Both the position numbers and the translations under genes were made by a program. Under the pieces are notes generated by a model. It searched no databases. It saw only the letters and a program-made list of their open reading frames with translations, and was not told the DNA's origin. Shown here piece by piece: positions 27,201 through 42,200 of a stretch of 64,000 nucleotides of DNA; position 1 is the stretch's first letter; each line of letters begins with the position of its first letter. This DNA is from Auanema rhodensis (taxonomy: Eukaryota > Animalia > Nematoda): positions 22,444,001-22,508,000 of the forward strand of contig OZ059896.1 in assembly GCA_964057225.1 (NCBI GenBank). The letters run 5' to 3'.

Positions 27201-30200
27201 GTACATGGAAACTCAACATACACTAATGCATCATTTTTCAAACGATCATAACTAATTTTTGTATCAAGCGTTTCTCAATTTAGTATAGTGCATTCGATGC
27301 GGATTTTTAAGCTGCGTCGATCTGTGTTATCAGATTTGCGCTAGCTTAAAAATGCACCGAGATATCAACTGATATAAGTTCACACTTATATCATCGATTT
27401 TCACCCTGAAGAATTAATTTTTTCGTTGAATAACATTGTCCATCGTCTTTGCCTTAAAAAAAGGAATCTAAAAACATCTACTTTTTGCTAAATTATTTTG
27501 AAAGTTTTCGAAAAAATTTTTGTCAAAATGTTTTTGGAAGCAATGTTGAGTGTACATGGAAACTCAACATACACTAATGCATCATTTTTCAAACGATCAT
27601 AACTAATTTTTTATTAAGCGTTTCTCAATGTAGTATAGTGCATTCGATGCGGATTTTTAAGCTGCGTCGATCTGTGTTATCAGATTTGCGCTAGCTTAAA
27701 AATGCACCGAGATATCAACTGATATAAGTTCACACTTATATCCTCGATTTTCACCCTGAAGAATTGATTTTTTCGTTGAATAACATTGTCCATCGTTTTT
27801 GCCTTGAAAAAAGAAATCTAAGAACATCTACTTTTTGCTAAATTATTTTGAAATTTTTCGAAAAAATTTTTGTCAAAATGTTTTTGGAAGCAATGTTGAT
27901 TGTACATGGAAACTCAACATACACTAATGCATCATTTTTCAAACGATCATAACTAATTTTTGTATTAAGCGTTTCTCAATGTAGTATAGTGCTTTTGATG
28001 CGGATTTTTAAGCTGCGTCGATCTGTGTTATCAGATTTGCGCTAGCTTAAAAATGCACCGAGATATCAACTGATATAAGTTCACACTTATATCATCGATT
28101 TTCACCCTGAAGAATTAATTTTTTCGTTGAATAACATTGTCCATCGTCTTTGCCTTAAAAAAAGGAATCTAAAAACATCTACTTTTTGCTAAATTAATTT
28201 GAAATTTTTCGAAAAAATTTTTGTCAAAATGTTTTTGGAAGCAATGTTGAGTGTACATGGAAACTCAACATACACTAATGCATCATTTTTCAAACGATCA
28301 TAACTAATTTTTGTATTAAGCGTTTCTCAATGTAGTATAGTGCATTCGATGCGGATTTTTAAGCTGCGTCGATCTGTGTTATCAGATTTGCGCTAGCTTA
28401 AAAATGCACCGAGATATCAACTGATATAAGTTCACACTTATATCATCGATTTTCACCCTGAAGAATTAATTTTTTCGTTGAATAACATTGTCCATCGTCT
28501 TTGCCTTAAAAAAAGGAATCTAAAAACATCTACTTTTTGCTAAATTATCTTGAAAGTTTTCGAAAAAATTTTTGTCAAAATGTTTTTGGAAGCAATGTTG
28601 AGTGTACATGGAAACTCAACATACACTAATGCATCATTTTTCAAACGATCATAACTAATTTTTTATTAAGCGTTTCTCAATGTAGTATAGTGCATTCGAT
28701 GCGGATTTTTAAGCTGCGTCGATCTGTGTTATCAGATTTGCGCTAGCTTAAAAATGCACCGAGATATCAACTGATATAAGTTCACACTTATATCCTCGAT
28801 TTTCACCCTGAAGAATTAATTTTTTCGTAGAATAACATTGTCCATCGTCTTTGCCTTGAAAAAAGGAATCTAAAAACATCTACTTTTTGCTAAATTATTT
28901 TGAAATTTTTCGAAAAAATTTTTGTCAAAATGTTTTTGGAAGCAATGTTGAGTGTACATGGAAACTCAACATACACTAATGCATCATTTTTCAAACGATC
29001 ATAACTAATTTTTGTATTAAGCGTTTCTCAATGTAGTATAGTGCATTCGATGCGGATTTTTAAGCTGCGTCGATCTGTGTTATCAGATTTGCGCTAGCTT
29101 AAAAATGCACCGAGATATCAACTGATATAAGTTCACACTTATATCCTCGATTTTCACCCTGAAGAATTGATTTTTTCGTTGAATAACATTGTCCATCGTT
29201 TTTGCCTTGAAAAAAGAAATCTAAAAACATCTACTTTTTGCTAAATTATTTTGAAATTTTTCGAAAAAATTTTTGTCAAAATGTTTTTGGAAGCAATGTT
29301 GATTGTACATGGAAACTCAACATACACTAATGCATCATTTTTCAAACAATCATAACTAATTTTTGTATTAAGCGTTTTTCAATGTAGTATAGTGCATTCG
29401 ATGCGGATTTTTAAGCTGCGTCGATCTGTGTTATCAGATTTGCGCTAGCTTAAAAATGCACCGAGATATCAACTGATATAAGTTCACACTTATATCCTCG
29501 ATTTTCACCCTGAAGAATTAATTTTTTCGTTGAATAACATTGTCCATCGTCTTTGCCTTGAAAAAAGGAATCTAAAAACATCTACTTTTTGCTAAATTAT
29601 TTTGAAATTTTTCGAAAAAATTTTTGTCAAAATGTTTTTGGAAGCAATGTTGATTGTACATGGAAACTCAACATACACTAATGCATCATTTTTCAAACGA
29701 TCATAACTAATTTTTGTATTAAGCGTTTCTCAATGTAGTATAGTGCATTCGATGCGGATTTTTAAGCTGCGTCGATCTGTGTTATCAGATTTGCGCTAGC
29801 TTAAAAATGCACCGATATATCAACTGATATAAGTTCACACTTATATCCTCGATTTTCACCCTGAAGAATTGATTTTTTCGTTGAATAACATTGTCCATCG
29901 TTTTTGCCTTGAAAAAAGAAATCTAAAAACATCTACTTTTTGCTAAATTATTTTGAAATTTTTCGAAAAAATTTTTGTCAAAATGTTTTTGGAAGCAATG
30001 TTGAGTGTACATGGAAACTCAACATACACTAATGCATCATTTTTCAAACGATCATAACTAATTTTTGTATTAAGCGTTTCTCAATGTAGTATAGTGCATT
30101 CGATGCGGATTTTTAAGCTGCGTCGATCTGTGTTATCAGATTTGCGCTAGCTTAAAAATGCACCGAGATATCAACTGATATAAGTTCACACTTATATCCT

Positions 30201-30873
30201 CGATTTTCACCCTGAAGAATTAATTTTTTCGTAGAATAACATTGTCCATCGTCTTTGCCTTGAAAAAAGGAATCTAAAAACATCTACTTTTTGCTAAATT
30301 ATTTTGAAATTTTTCGAAAAAATTTTTGTCAAAATGTTTTTGGAAGCAATGTTGAGTGTACATGGAAACTCAACATACACTAATGCATCATTTTTCAAAC
30401 GATCATAACTAATTTTTGTATTAAGCGTTTCTCAATGTAGTATAGTGCATTCGATGCGGATTTTTAAGCTGCGTCGATCTGTGTTATCAGATTTGCGCTA
30501 GCTTAAAAATGCACCGATATATCAACTGATATAAGTTCACACTTATATCCTCGATTTTCACCCTGAAGAATTAATTTTTTCGTAGAATAACATTGTCCAT
30601 CGTCTTTGCCTTGAAAAAAGGAATCTAAAAACATCTACTTTTTGCTAAATTATTTTGAAATTTTTCGAAAAAATTTTTGTCAAAATGTTTTTGGAAGCAA
30701 TGTTGAGTGTAAATGGAAACTCAACATACACTAATGCATCATTTTTCAAACGATCATAACTAATTTTTGTATTAAGCGTTTCTCAATGTAGTATAGTGCA
30801 TTCGATGCGGATTTTTAAGCTGCGTCGATCTGTGTTATCAGATTTGCGCTAGCTTAAAAATGCACCGAGATAT

Positions 30874-32979
30874 CAACTGATATAAGTTCACACTTATATC
30901 CTCGATTTTCACCCTGAAGAATTGATTTTTTCGTTGAATAACATTGTCCATCGTTTTTGCCTTGAAAAAAGAAATCTAAAAACATCTACTTTTTGCTAAA
31001 TTATTTTGAAATTTTTCGAAAAAATTTTTGTCAAAATGTTTTTGGAAGCAATGTTGATTGTACATGGAAACTCAACATACACTAATGCATCATTTTTCAA
31101 ACAATCATAACTAATTTTTGTATTAAGCGCTTTTCAATGTAGTATAGTGCATTCGATGCGGATTTTTAAGCTGCGTCGATCTGTGTTATCAGATTTGCGC
31201 TAGCTTAAAAATGCACCGAGATATCAACTGATATAAGTTCACACTTATATCCTCGATTTTCACCCTGAAGAATTAATTTTTTCGTTGAATAACATTGTCC
31301 ATCGTCTTTGCCTTGAAAAAAGGAATTCAAAAACATCTACTTTTTGCTAAATTATTTTGAAATTTTTCGAAAAAATTTTTGTCAAAATGTTTTTGGAAGC
31401 AATGTTGAGTGTACATGGAAACTCAACATACACTAATGCATCATTTTTCAAACGATCATAACTAATTTTTGTATTAAGCGTTTCTCAATGTAGTATAGTG
31501 CATTCGATGCGGATTTTTAAGCTGCGTCGATCTGTGTTAACAGATTTGCGCTAGCTTAAAAATGCACCGAGATATTAACTGATATAAGTTCACACTTATA
31601 TCCTCGATTTTCACCCTGAAGAATTAATTTTTTCGTAGAATAACATTGTCCATCGTCTTTGCCTTGAAAAAAGGAATCTAAAAACATCTACTTTTTGCTA
31701 AATTATTTTGAAATTTTTCGAAAAAATTTTTGTCAAAATGTTTTTGGAAGCAATGTTGAGTGTACATGGAAACTCAACATACACTAATGCATCATTTTTC
31801 AAACGATCATAACTAATTTTTGTATTAAGCGTTTCTCAATGTAGTATAGTGCATTCGATGCGGATTTTTAAGCTGCGTCGATCTGTGTTATCAGATTTGC
31901 GCTAGCTTAAAAATGCACCGAGATATCAACTGATATAAGTTCACACTTATATCCTCGATTTTCACCCTGAAGAATTGATTTTTTCGTTGAATAACATTGT
32001 CCATCGTTTTTGCCTTGAAAAAAGAAATCTAAAAACATCTACTTTTTGCTAAATTATTTTGAAATTTTTCGAAAAAATTTTTGTCAAAATGTTTTTGGAA
32101 GCAATGTTGATTGTACATGGAAACTCAACATACACTAATGCATCATTTTTCAAACAATCATAACTAATTTTTGTATTAAGCGCTTTTCAATGTAGTATAG
32201 TGCATTCGATGCGGATTTTTAAGCTGCGTCGATCTGTGTTATCAGATTTGCGCTAGCTTAAAAATGCACCGAGATATCAACTGATATAAGTTCACACTTA
32301 TATCCTCGATTTTCACCCTGAAGAATTAATTTTTTCGTTGAATAACATTGTCCATCGTCTTTGCCTTGAAAAAAGGAATTCAAAAACATCTACTTTTTGC
32401 TAAATTATTTTGAAATTTTTCGAAAAAATTTTTGTCAAAATGTTTTTGGAAGCAATGTTGAGTGTACATGGAAACTCAACATACACTAATGCATCATTTT
32501 TCAAACGATCATAACTAATTTTTGTATTAAGCGTTTCTCAATGTAGTATAGTGCATTCGATGCGGATTTTTAAGCTGCGTCGATCTGTGTTAACAGATTT
32601 GCGCTAGCTTAAAAATGCACCGAGATATTAACTGATATAAGTTCACACTTATATCCTCGATTTTCACCCTGAAGAATTAATTTTTTCGTAGAATAACATT
32701 GTCCATCGTCTTTGCCTTGAAAAAAGGAATCTAAAAACATCTACTTTTTGCTAAATTATTTTGAAATTTTTCGAAAAAATTTTTGTCAAAATGTTTTTGG
32801 AAGCAATGTTGAGTGTACATGGAAACTCAACATACACTAATGCATCATTTTTCAAACGATCATAACTAATTTTTGTATTAAGCGTTTCTCAATGTAGTAT
32901 AGTGCATTCGATGCGGATTTTCAAGCTGCGTCGATCTGTGTTATGAGATTTGCGCTAGCTTAAAAATGCACCGAGATAT
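30874..32979. repeat. Local 3-monomer higher-order repeat x2 (1053-bp period)
   Basis: The ACAATC+GCGCTTTT monomer, the GAATTCAA+GTTAAC monomer and the TAACTG monomer are repeated at 30874 and 31927. Confidence 0.9.
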
Positions 32980-35900
32980 CAACTGATATAAGTTCACACT
33001 TATATCCTCGATTTTCACCCTGAAGAATTAATTTTTTTCGTTGAATAACATTGTCCATCGTCTTTGCCTTGAAGAAAGGAATCTAAAAACATCTACTTTT
33101 TGCTAAATTATTTTGAAATTTTTCGAAAAAATTTTTGTCAAAATGTTTTTGGAAGCAATGTTGAGTGTACATGGAAACTCAACATACACTAATGCATCAT
33201 TTTTCAAACGATCATAACTAATTTTTGTATTAAGCGTTTCTCAATGTAGTATAGTGCATTCGATGCGGATTTTTAAGCTGCGTCGATCTGTGTTATCAGA
33301 TTTGCGCTAGCTTAAAAATGCACCGAGATATCAACTGATATAAGTTCACACTTATATCCTCGATTTTCACCCTGAAGAATTAATTTTTTCGTTGAATAAC
33401 ATTGTCCATCGTCTTTGCCTTAAAAAAAGGAATCTAAAAACATCTACTCTTTGCTAAATTATTTTGAAATTTATCGAAAAAATTTTTATCAAAATGTTTT
33501 TGGAAGCAATGTTGAGTGTACATGGAAACTCAACATACACTAAGGCATCATTTTTCAAACGATCATAACTAATTTTTGTATTAAGCGTTTCTCAATGTAG
33601 TATAGTGCATTCGATGCGGATTTTTAAGTTGCGTCGATCTGTGTTATCAGATTTGCGCTAGCTTAAAAATGCACCAAGATATCAACTGATATAAGTGCAC
33701 ACTTATATCCTCGATTTTCACCCTGAAGAATTAATTTTTTCGTTGAATAACATTGTCCATCGTCTTTGCCTTGAAAAAAGGAATCTATAAACATCTACTT
33801 TTTGCTAAATTATTTTGAAATTTTTCGAAAAAATTTTTATCAAAATGTTTTTGGAAGCAATGTTGAGTGTACATGGAAACTCAACATACACTAAGGCATC
33901 ATTTTTCAAACGATCATAACTAATTTTTGTATTAAGCGTTTCTCAAAGTAGTATAGTGCATTCGATGCGGATTTTTAAGCTGCGTCGATCTGTGTTATCA
34001 GATCTGCGCTAGCTTAAAAATGCACCGAGATATCAACTGATATAAGTTCACACTTATATCCTCGATTTTCACCCTGAAGAATTAATTTTTTCGTTGGATA
34101 ACATTGTCCATCGTCTTTGCCTTGAGAAAAGGAATCTAAAAACATCTACTTTTTGCTAAATTATTTTGAAATTTTTCGAAAAAATTTTTGTCAAAATGTT
34201 TTTGGAAGCAATGTTGAGTGTACATGGAAACTCAACATACACTAATGCATCAATTTTCAAACGATCATAACTAATTTTTGTATTAAGCGTTTCTCAAAGT
34301 AGTATAGTGCATTCGATGCGGATTTTTAAGCTGCGTCGATCTGTGTTATCAGATTTGCGCTAGCTTGAAAATGCACCGAGATATCAACTGATATAAGTTC
34401 ACACTTATATCCTCGATTTTCACCCTGAAGAATTGATTTTTTCGTTGAATAACATTGTCCATCGTTTTTGCCTTGAAAAAAGAAATCTAAAAACATCTAC
34501 TTTTTGCTAAATTATTTTGAAATTTTTCGAAAAAATTTTTGTCAAAATGTTTTTGGAAGCAATGTTGATTGTACATGGAAACTCAACATACACTAATGCA
34601 TCATTTTTCAAACAATCATAACTAATTTTTGTATTAAGCGTTTTTCAATGTAGTATAGTGCATTCGATGCGGATTTTTAAGCTGCGTCGATCTGTGTTAT
34701 CAGATTTGCGCTAGCTTAAAAATGCACCGAGATATCAACTGATATAAGTTCACACTTATATCCTCGATTTTCACCCTGAAGAATTAATTTTTTCGTTGAA
34801 TAACATTGTCCATCGTCTTTGCCTTGAAAAAAGGAATCTAAAAACATCTACTTTTTGCTAAATTATTTTGAAATTTTTCGAAAAAATTTTTGTCAAAATG
34901 TTTTTGGAAGCAATGTTGATTGTACATGGAAACTCAACATACACTAATGCATCATTTTTCAAACGATCATAACTAATTTTTGTATTAAGCGTTTCTCAAT
35001 GTAGTATAGTGCATTCGATGCGGATTTTTAAGTTGCGTCGATCTGTGTTATCAGATTTGCGCTAGCTTAAAAATGCACCAAGATATCAACTGATATAAGT
35101 GCACACTTATATCCTCGATTTTCACCCTGAAGAATTAATTTTTTCGTAGAATAACATTGTCCATCGTCTTTGCCTTGAAAAAAGGAATCTAAAAACATCT
35201 ACTTTTTGCTAAATTATTTTGAAATTTTTCGAAAAAATTTTTGTCAAAATGTTTTTGGAAGCAATGTTGAGTGTACATGGAAACTCAACATACACTAATG
35301 CATCATTTTTCAAACGATCATAACTAATTTTTGTATTAAGCGTTTCTCAATGTAGTATAGTGCATTCGATGCGGATTTTTAAGCTGCGTCGATCTGTGTT
35401 ATCAGATTTGCGCTAGCTTAAAAATGCACCGAGATATCAACTGATATAAGTTCACACTTATATCCTCGATTTTCACCCTGAAGAATTGATTTTTTCGTTG
35501 AATAACATTGTCCATCGTTTTTGCCTTGAAAAAAGAAATCTAAAAACATCTACTTTTTGCTAAATTATTTTGAAATTTTTCGAAAAAATTTTTGTCAAAA
35601 TGTTTTTGGAAGCAATGTTGATTGTACATGGAAACTCAACATACACTAATGCATCATTTTTCAAACAATCATAACTAATTTTTGTATTAAGCGCTTTTCA
35701 ATGTAGTATAGTGCATTCGATGCGGATTTTTAAGCTGCGTCGATCTGTGTTATCAGATTTGCGCTAGCTTAAAAATGCACCGAGATATCAACTGATATAA
35801 GTTCACACTTATATCCTCGATTTTCACCCTGAAGAATTAATTTTTTCGTTGAATAACATTGTCCATCGTCTTTGCCTTGAAAAAAGGAATTCAAAAACAT

Positions 35901-38900
35901 CTACTTTTTGCTAAATTATTTTGAAATTTTTCGAAAAAATTTTTGTCAAAATGTTTTTGGAAGCAATGTTGAGTGTACATGGAAACTCAACATACACTAA
36001 TGCATCATTTTTCAAACGATCATAACTAATTTTTGTATTAAGCGTTTCTCAATGTAGTATAGTGCATTCGATGCGGATTTTTAAGCTGCGTCGATCTGTG
36101 TTAACAGATTTGCGCTAGCTTAAAAATGCACCGAGATATTAACTGATATAAGTTCACACTTATATCCTCGATTTTCACCCTGAAGAATTAATTTTTTCGT
36201 AGAATAACATTGTCCATCGTCTTTGCCTTGAAAAAAGGAATCTAAAAACATCTACTTTTTGCTAAATTATTTTGAAATTTTTCGAAAAAATTTTTGTCAA
36301 AATGTTTTTGGAAGCAATGTTGAGTGTACATGGAAACTCAACATACACTAATGCATCATTTTTCAAACGATCATAACTAATTTTTGTATTAAGCGTTTCT
36401 CAATGTAGTATAGTGCATTCGATGCGGATTTTTAAGCTGCGTCGATCTGTGTTATCAGATTTGCGCTAGCTTAAAAATGCATCGATATATCAACTGATAT
36501 AAGTTCACACTTATATCCTCGATTTTCACCCTGAAGAATTAATTTTTTCGTAGAATAACATTGTCCATCGTCTTTGCCTTGAAAAAAGGAATCTAAAAAC
36601 ATCTACTTTTTGCTAAATTATTTTGAAATTTTTCGAAAAAATTTTTGTCAAAATGTTTTTGGAAGCAATGTTGAGTGTACATGGAAACTCAACATACACT
36701 AATGCATCATTTTTCAAACGATCATAACTAATTTTTGTATTAAGCGTTTCTCAATGTAGTATAGTGCATTCGATGCGGATTTTTAAGCTGCGTCGATCTG
36801 TGTTATCAGATTTGCGCTAGTTTAAAAATGCACCGAGATATCAACTGATATAAGTTCACACTTATATCCTCGATTTTCACCCTGAAGAATTGATTTTTTC
36901 GTTGAATAACATTGTCCATCGTCTTTGCCTTGAAAAAAGGAATCTAAAAACATCTACTTTTTGCTAAATTATTTTGAAATTTTTCGAAAAAATTTTTGTC
37001 AAAATGTTTTTGGAAGCAATGTTGAGTGTACATGGAAACTCAACATACACTAATGCATCATTTTTCAAACGATCATAACTAATTTTTGTATTAAGCGTTT
37101 CTCAATGTAGTATAGTGCATTCGATGCGGATTTTTAAGCTGCGTCGATCTGTGTTAACAGATTTGCGCTAGCTTAAAAATGCACCGAGATATTAACTGAT
37201 ATAAGTTCACACTTATATCCTCGATTTTCACCCTGAAGAATTAATTTTTTCGTAGAATAACATTGTCCATCGTCTTTGCCTTGAAAAAAGGAATCTAAAA
37301 ACATCTACTTTTTGCCAAATTATTTTGAAATTTTTCGAAAAAATTTTTGTCAAAATGTTTTTGGAAGCAATGTTGAGTGTACATGGAAACTCAACATACA
37401 CTAATGCATCATTTTTCAAACGATCATAACTAATTTTTGTATTAAGCGTTTCTCAATGTAGTATAGTGCATTCGATGCGGATTTTTAAGCTGCGTCGATC
37501 TGTGTTATCAGATTTGCGCTAGCTTAAAAATGCATCGATATATCAACTGATATAAGTTCACACTTATATCCTCGATTTTCACCCTGAAGAATTAATTTTT
37601 TCGTAGAATAACATTGTCCATCGTCTTTGCCTTGAAAAAAGGAATCTAAAAACATCTACTTTTTGCTAAATTATTTTGAAATTTTTCGAAAAAATTTTTG
37701 TCAAAATGTTTTTGGAAGCAATGTTGAGTGTACATGGAAACTCAACATACACTAATGCATCATTTTTCAAACGATCATAACTAATTTTTGTATTAAGCGT
37801 TTCTCAATGTAGTATAGTGCATTCGATGCGGATTTTTAAGCTGCGTCGATCTGTGTTATCAGATTTGCGCTAGTTTAAAAATGCACCGAGATATCAACTG
37901 ATATAAGTTCACACTTATATCCTCGATTTTCACCCTGAAGAATTGATTTTTTCGTTGAATAACATTGTCCATCGTTTTTGCCTTGAAAAAAGAAATCTAA
38001 AAACATCTACTTTTTGCTAAATTATTTTGAAATTTTTCGAAAAAATTTTTGTCAAAATGTTTTTGGAAGCAATGTTGAGTGTACATGGAAACTCAACATA
38101 CACTAATGCATCATTTTTCAAACGATCATAACTAGTTTTTGTATTAAGCGTTTCTCAATGTAGTATAGTGCATTCGATGCAGATTTTTAAGCTGCGTCGA
38201 TCTGTGTTATCAGATTTGCGCTAGCTTAAAAATGCACCGAGATATCAACTGATATAAGTTCACACTTATATCCTCGATTTTCACCCTGAAGAATTGATTT
38301 TTTCGTTGAATAACATTGTCCATCGTTTTTGCTTTGAAAAAAGAAATCTAAAAACATCTACTTTTTGCTAAATTATTTTGAAATTTTTCGGAAAAATTTT
38401 TGTCAAAATGTTTTTGGAAGCAATGTTGATTGTACATGGAAACTCAACATACACTAATGCATCATTTTTCAAACGATCATAACTAATTTTTGTATCAAGC
38501 GTTTCTCAATGTAGTATAGTGCATTCGATGCGCATTTTTAAGCTGCGTCGAGCTGTGTTATCAGATTTGCGCTAGCTTAAAAATGCACCGAGATATCAAC
38601 TGATATAAGTTCACACTTATATCCTCGATTTTCACCCTGAAGAATTGATTTTTTCGTTGAATAACATTGTCCATCGTTTTTGCCTTGAAAAAAGAAATCT
38701 AAAAACATCTACTTTTTGCTAAATTATTTTGAAATTTTTCGGAAAAATTTTTGTCAAAATGTTTTTGGAAGCAATGTTGATTGTACATGGAAACTCAACA
38801 TACACTAATGCATCATTTTTCAAACGATCATAACTAATTTTTGTATTAAGCGTTTCTCAATGTAGTATAGTGCATTCGATGCGCATTTTTAAGCTGCGTC

Positions 38901-39298
38901 GAGCTGTGTTATCAGATTTGCGCTAGCTTAAAAATGCACCGAGATATCAACTGATATAAGTTCACACTTATATCCTCGATTTTCACCCTGAAGAATTAAT
39001 TTTTTCGTAGAATAACATTGTCCATCGTCTTTGCCTTGAAAAAAGGAATCTAAAAACATCTACTTTTTGCTAAATTATTTTGAAATTTTTCGAAAAAATT
39101 TTTGTCAAAATGTTTTTGGAAGCAATGTTGAGTGTACATGGAAACTCAACATACACTAATGCATCATTTTCCAAACGATCATAACTAATTTTTGTATTAA
39201 GCGTTTCTCAATGTAGTATAGTGCATTCGATGCGGATTTTTAAGCTGCGTCGATCTGTGTTATCAGATTTGCGCTAGCTTAAAAATGCACCGAGATAT

Positions 39299-42200
39299 CA
39301 ACTGATATAAGTTCACACTTATATCATCGATTTTCACCCTGAAGAATTAATTTTTTCGTTGAATAACATTGTCCATCGTCTTTGCCTTAAAAAAGGAATC
39401 TAAAAACATCTACTTTTTGCTAAATTATTTTGAAATTTTTCGAAAAAATTTTTGTCAAAATGTTTTTGGAAGCAATGTTGAGTGTACATGGAAACTCAAC
39501 ATACACTAATGCATCATTTTCCAAACGATCATAACTAATTTTTGTATTAAGCGTTTCTCAATGTAGTATAGTGCATTCGATGCGGATTTTTAAGCTGCGT
39601 CGATCTGTGTTATCAGATTTGCGCTAGCTTAAAAATGCACCGATATATCAACTGATATAAGTTCACACTTATATCCTCGATTTTCACCCTGAAGAATTAA
39701 TTTTTTCGTAGAATAACATTGTCCATCGTCTTTGCCTTGAAAAAAGGAATCTAAAAACATCTACTTTTTGCTAAATTATTTTGAAATTTTTCGAAAAAAT
39801 TTTTGTCAAAATGTTTTTGGAAGCAATGTTGAGTGTACATGGAAACTCAACATACACTAATGCATCATTTTTCAAACGATCATAACTAATTTTTGTATTA
39901 AGCGTTTCTCAATGTAGTATAGTGCATTCGATGCGGATTTTTAAGCTGCGTCGATCTGTGTTATCAGATTTGCGCTAGCTTAAAAATGCACCGAGATATC
40001 AACTGATATAAGTTCACACTTATATCATCGATTTTCACCCTGAAGAATTAATTTTTTTTCGTTGAATAACATTGTCCATCGTCTTTGCCTTAAAAAAGGA
40101 ATCTAAAAACATCTACTTTTTGCTAAATTAATTTGAAATTTTTCGAAAAAATTTTTGTCAAAATGTTTTTGGAAGCAATGTTGAGTGTACATGGAAACTC
40201 AACATACACTAATGCATCATTTTTCAAACGATCATAACTAATTTTTGTATTAAGCGTTTCTCAATGTAGTATAGTGCATTTGATGCGGATTTTTAAGCTG
40301 CGTCGATCTGTGTTATCAGATTTGCGCTAGCTTAAAAATGCACCGAGATATCAACTGATATAAGTTCACACTTATATCCTCGATTTTCACCCTGAAGAAT
40401 TGATTTTTTCGTTGAATAACATTGTCCATCGTTTTTGCCTTGAAAAAAGAAATCTAAGAACATCTACTTTTTGCTAAATTATTTTGAAATTTTTCGAAAA
40501 AATTTTTGTCAAAATGTTTTTGGAAGCAATGTTGATTGTACATGGAAACTCAACATACACTAATGCATCATTTTTCAAACGATCATAACTAATTTTTGTA
40601 TTAAGCGTTTCTCAATGTAGTATAGTGCATTCGATGCGGATTTTTAAGCTGCGTCGATCTGTGTTATCAGATTTGCGCTAGCTTAAAAATGCACCGAGAT
40701 ATCAACTGATATAAGTTCACACTTATATCCTCGATTTTCACCCTGAAGAATTAATTTTTTCGTTGAATAACATTGTCCATCGTCTTTGCCTTGAAAAAAG
40801 GAATCTAAAAACATCTACTTTTTGCTAAATTATTTTGAAATTTTTCGAAAAAATTTTTGTCAAAATGTTTTTGGAAGCAATGTTGAGTGTACATGGAAAC
40901 TCAACATACACTAATGCATCATTTTTCAAACGATCATAACTAATTTTTGTATTAAGCGTTTCTCAATGTAGTATAGTGCATTCGATGCGGATTTTTAAGC
41001 TGCGTCGATCTGTGTTATCAGATTTGCGCTAGCTTAAAAATGCACCGATATATCAACTGATATAAGTTCACACTTATATCCTCGATTTTCACCCTGAAGA
41101 ATTGATTTTTTCGTTGAATAACATTGTCCATCGTTTTTGCCTTGAAAAAAGAAATCTAAAAACATCTACTTTTTGCTAAATTATTTTGAAATTTTTCGAA
41201 AAAATTTTTGTCAAAATGTTTTTGGAAGCAATGTTGAGTGTACATGGAAACTCAACATACACTAATGCATCATTTTTCAAACGATCATAACTAATTTTTG
41301 TATTAAGCGTTTCTCAATGTAGTATAGTGCATTCGATGCGGATTTTTAAGCTGCGTCGATCTGTGTTATCAGATTTGCGCTAGCTTAAAAATGCACCGAG
41401 ATATCAACTGATATAAGTTCACACTTATATCCTCGATTTTCACCCTGAAGAATTAATTTTTTCGTAGAATAACATTGTCCATCGTCTTTGCCTTGAAAAA
41501 AGGAATCTAAAAACATCTACTTTTTGCTAAATTATTTTGAAATTTTTCGAAAAAATTTTTGTCAAAATGTTTTTGGAAGCAATGTTGAGTGTACATGGAA
41601 ACTCAACATACACTAATGCATCATTTTTCAAACGATCATAACTAATTTTTGTATTAAGCGTTTCTCAATGTAGTATAGTGCATTCGATGCGGATTTTTAA
41701 GCTGCGTCGATCTGTGTTATCAGATTTGCGCTAGCTTAAAAATGCACCGATATATCAACTGATATAAGTTCACACTTATATCCTCGATTTTCACCCTGAA
41801 GAATTAATTTTTTCGTAGAATAAAATTGTCCATCGTCTTTGCCTTGAAAAAAGGAATCTAAAAACATCTACTTTTTGCTAAATTATTTTGAAATTTTTCG
41901 AAAAAATTTTTGTCAAAATGTTTTTGGAAGCAATGTTGAGTGTAAATGGAAACTCAACATACACTAATGCATCATTTTTCAAACGATCATAACTAATTTT
42001 TGTATTAAGCGTTTCTCAATGTAGTATAGTGCATTCGATGCGGATTTTTAAGCTGCGTCGATCTGTGTTATCAGATTTGCGCTAGCTTAAAAATGCACCG
42101 AGATATCAACTGATATAAGTTCACACTTATATCCTCGATTTTCACCCTGAAGAATTGATTTTTTCGTTGAATAACATTGTCCATCGTTTTTGCCTTGAAA

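Noticed and set aside
37228-37419. 63-aa minus-strand ORF
   Set aside because: Created by a singleton T>C at 37316 (TAG>TGG on the minus strand). It has no recognisable domain and is not maintained in other monomers.
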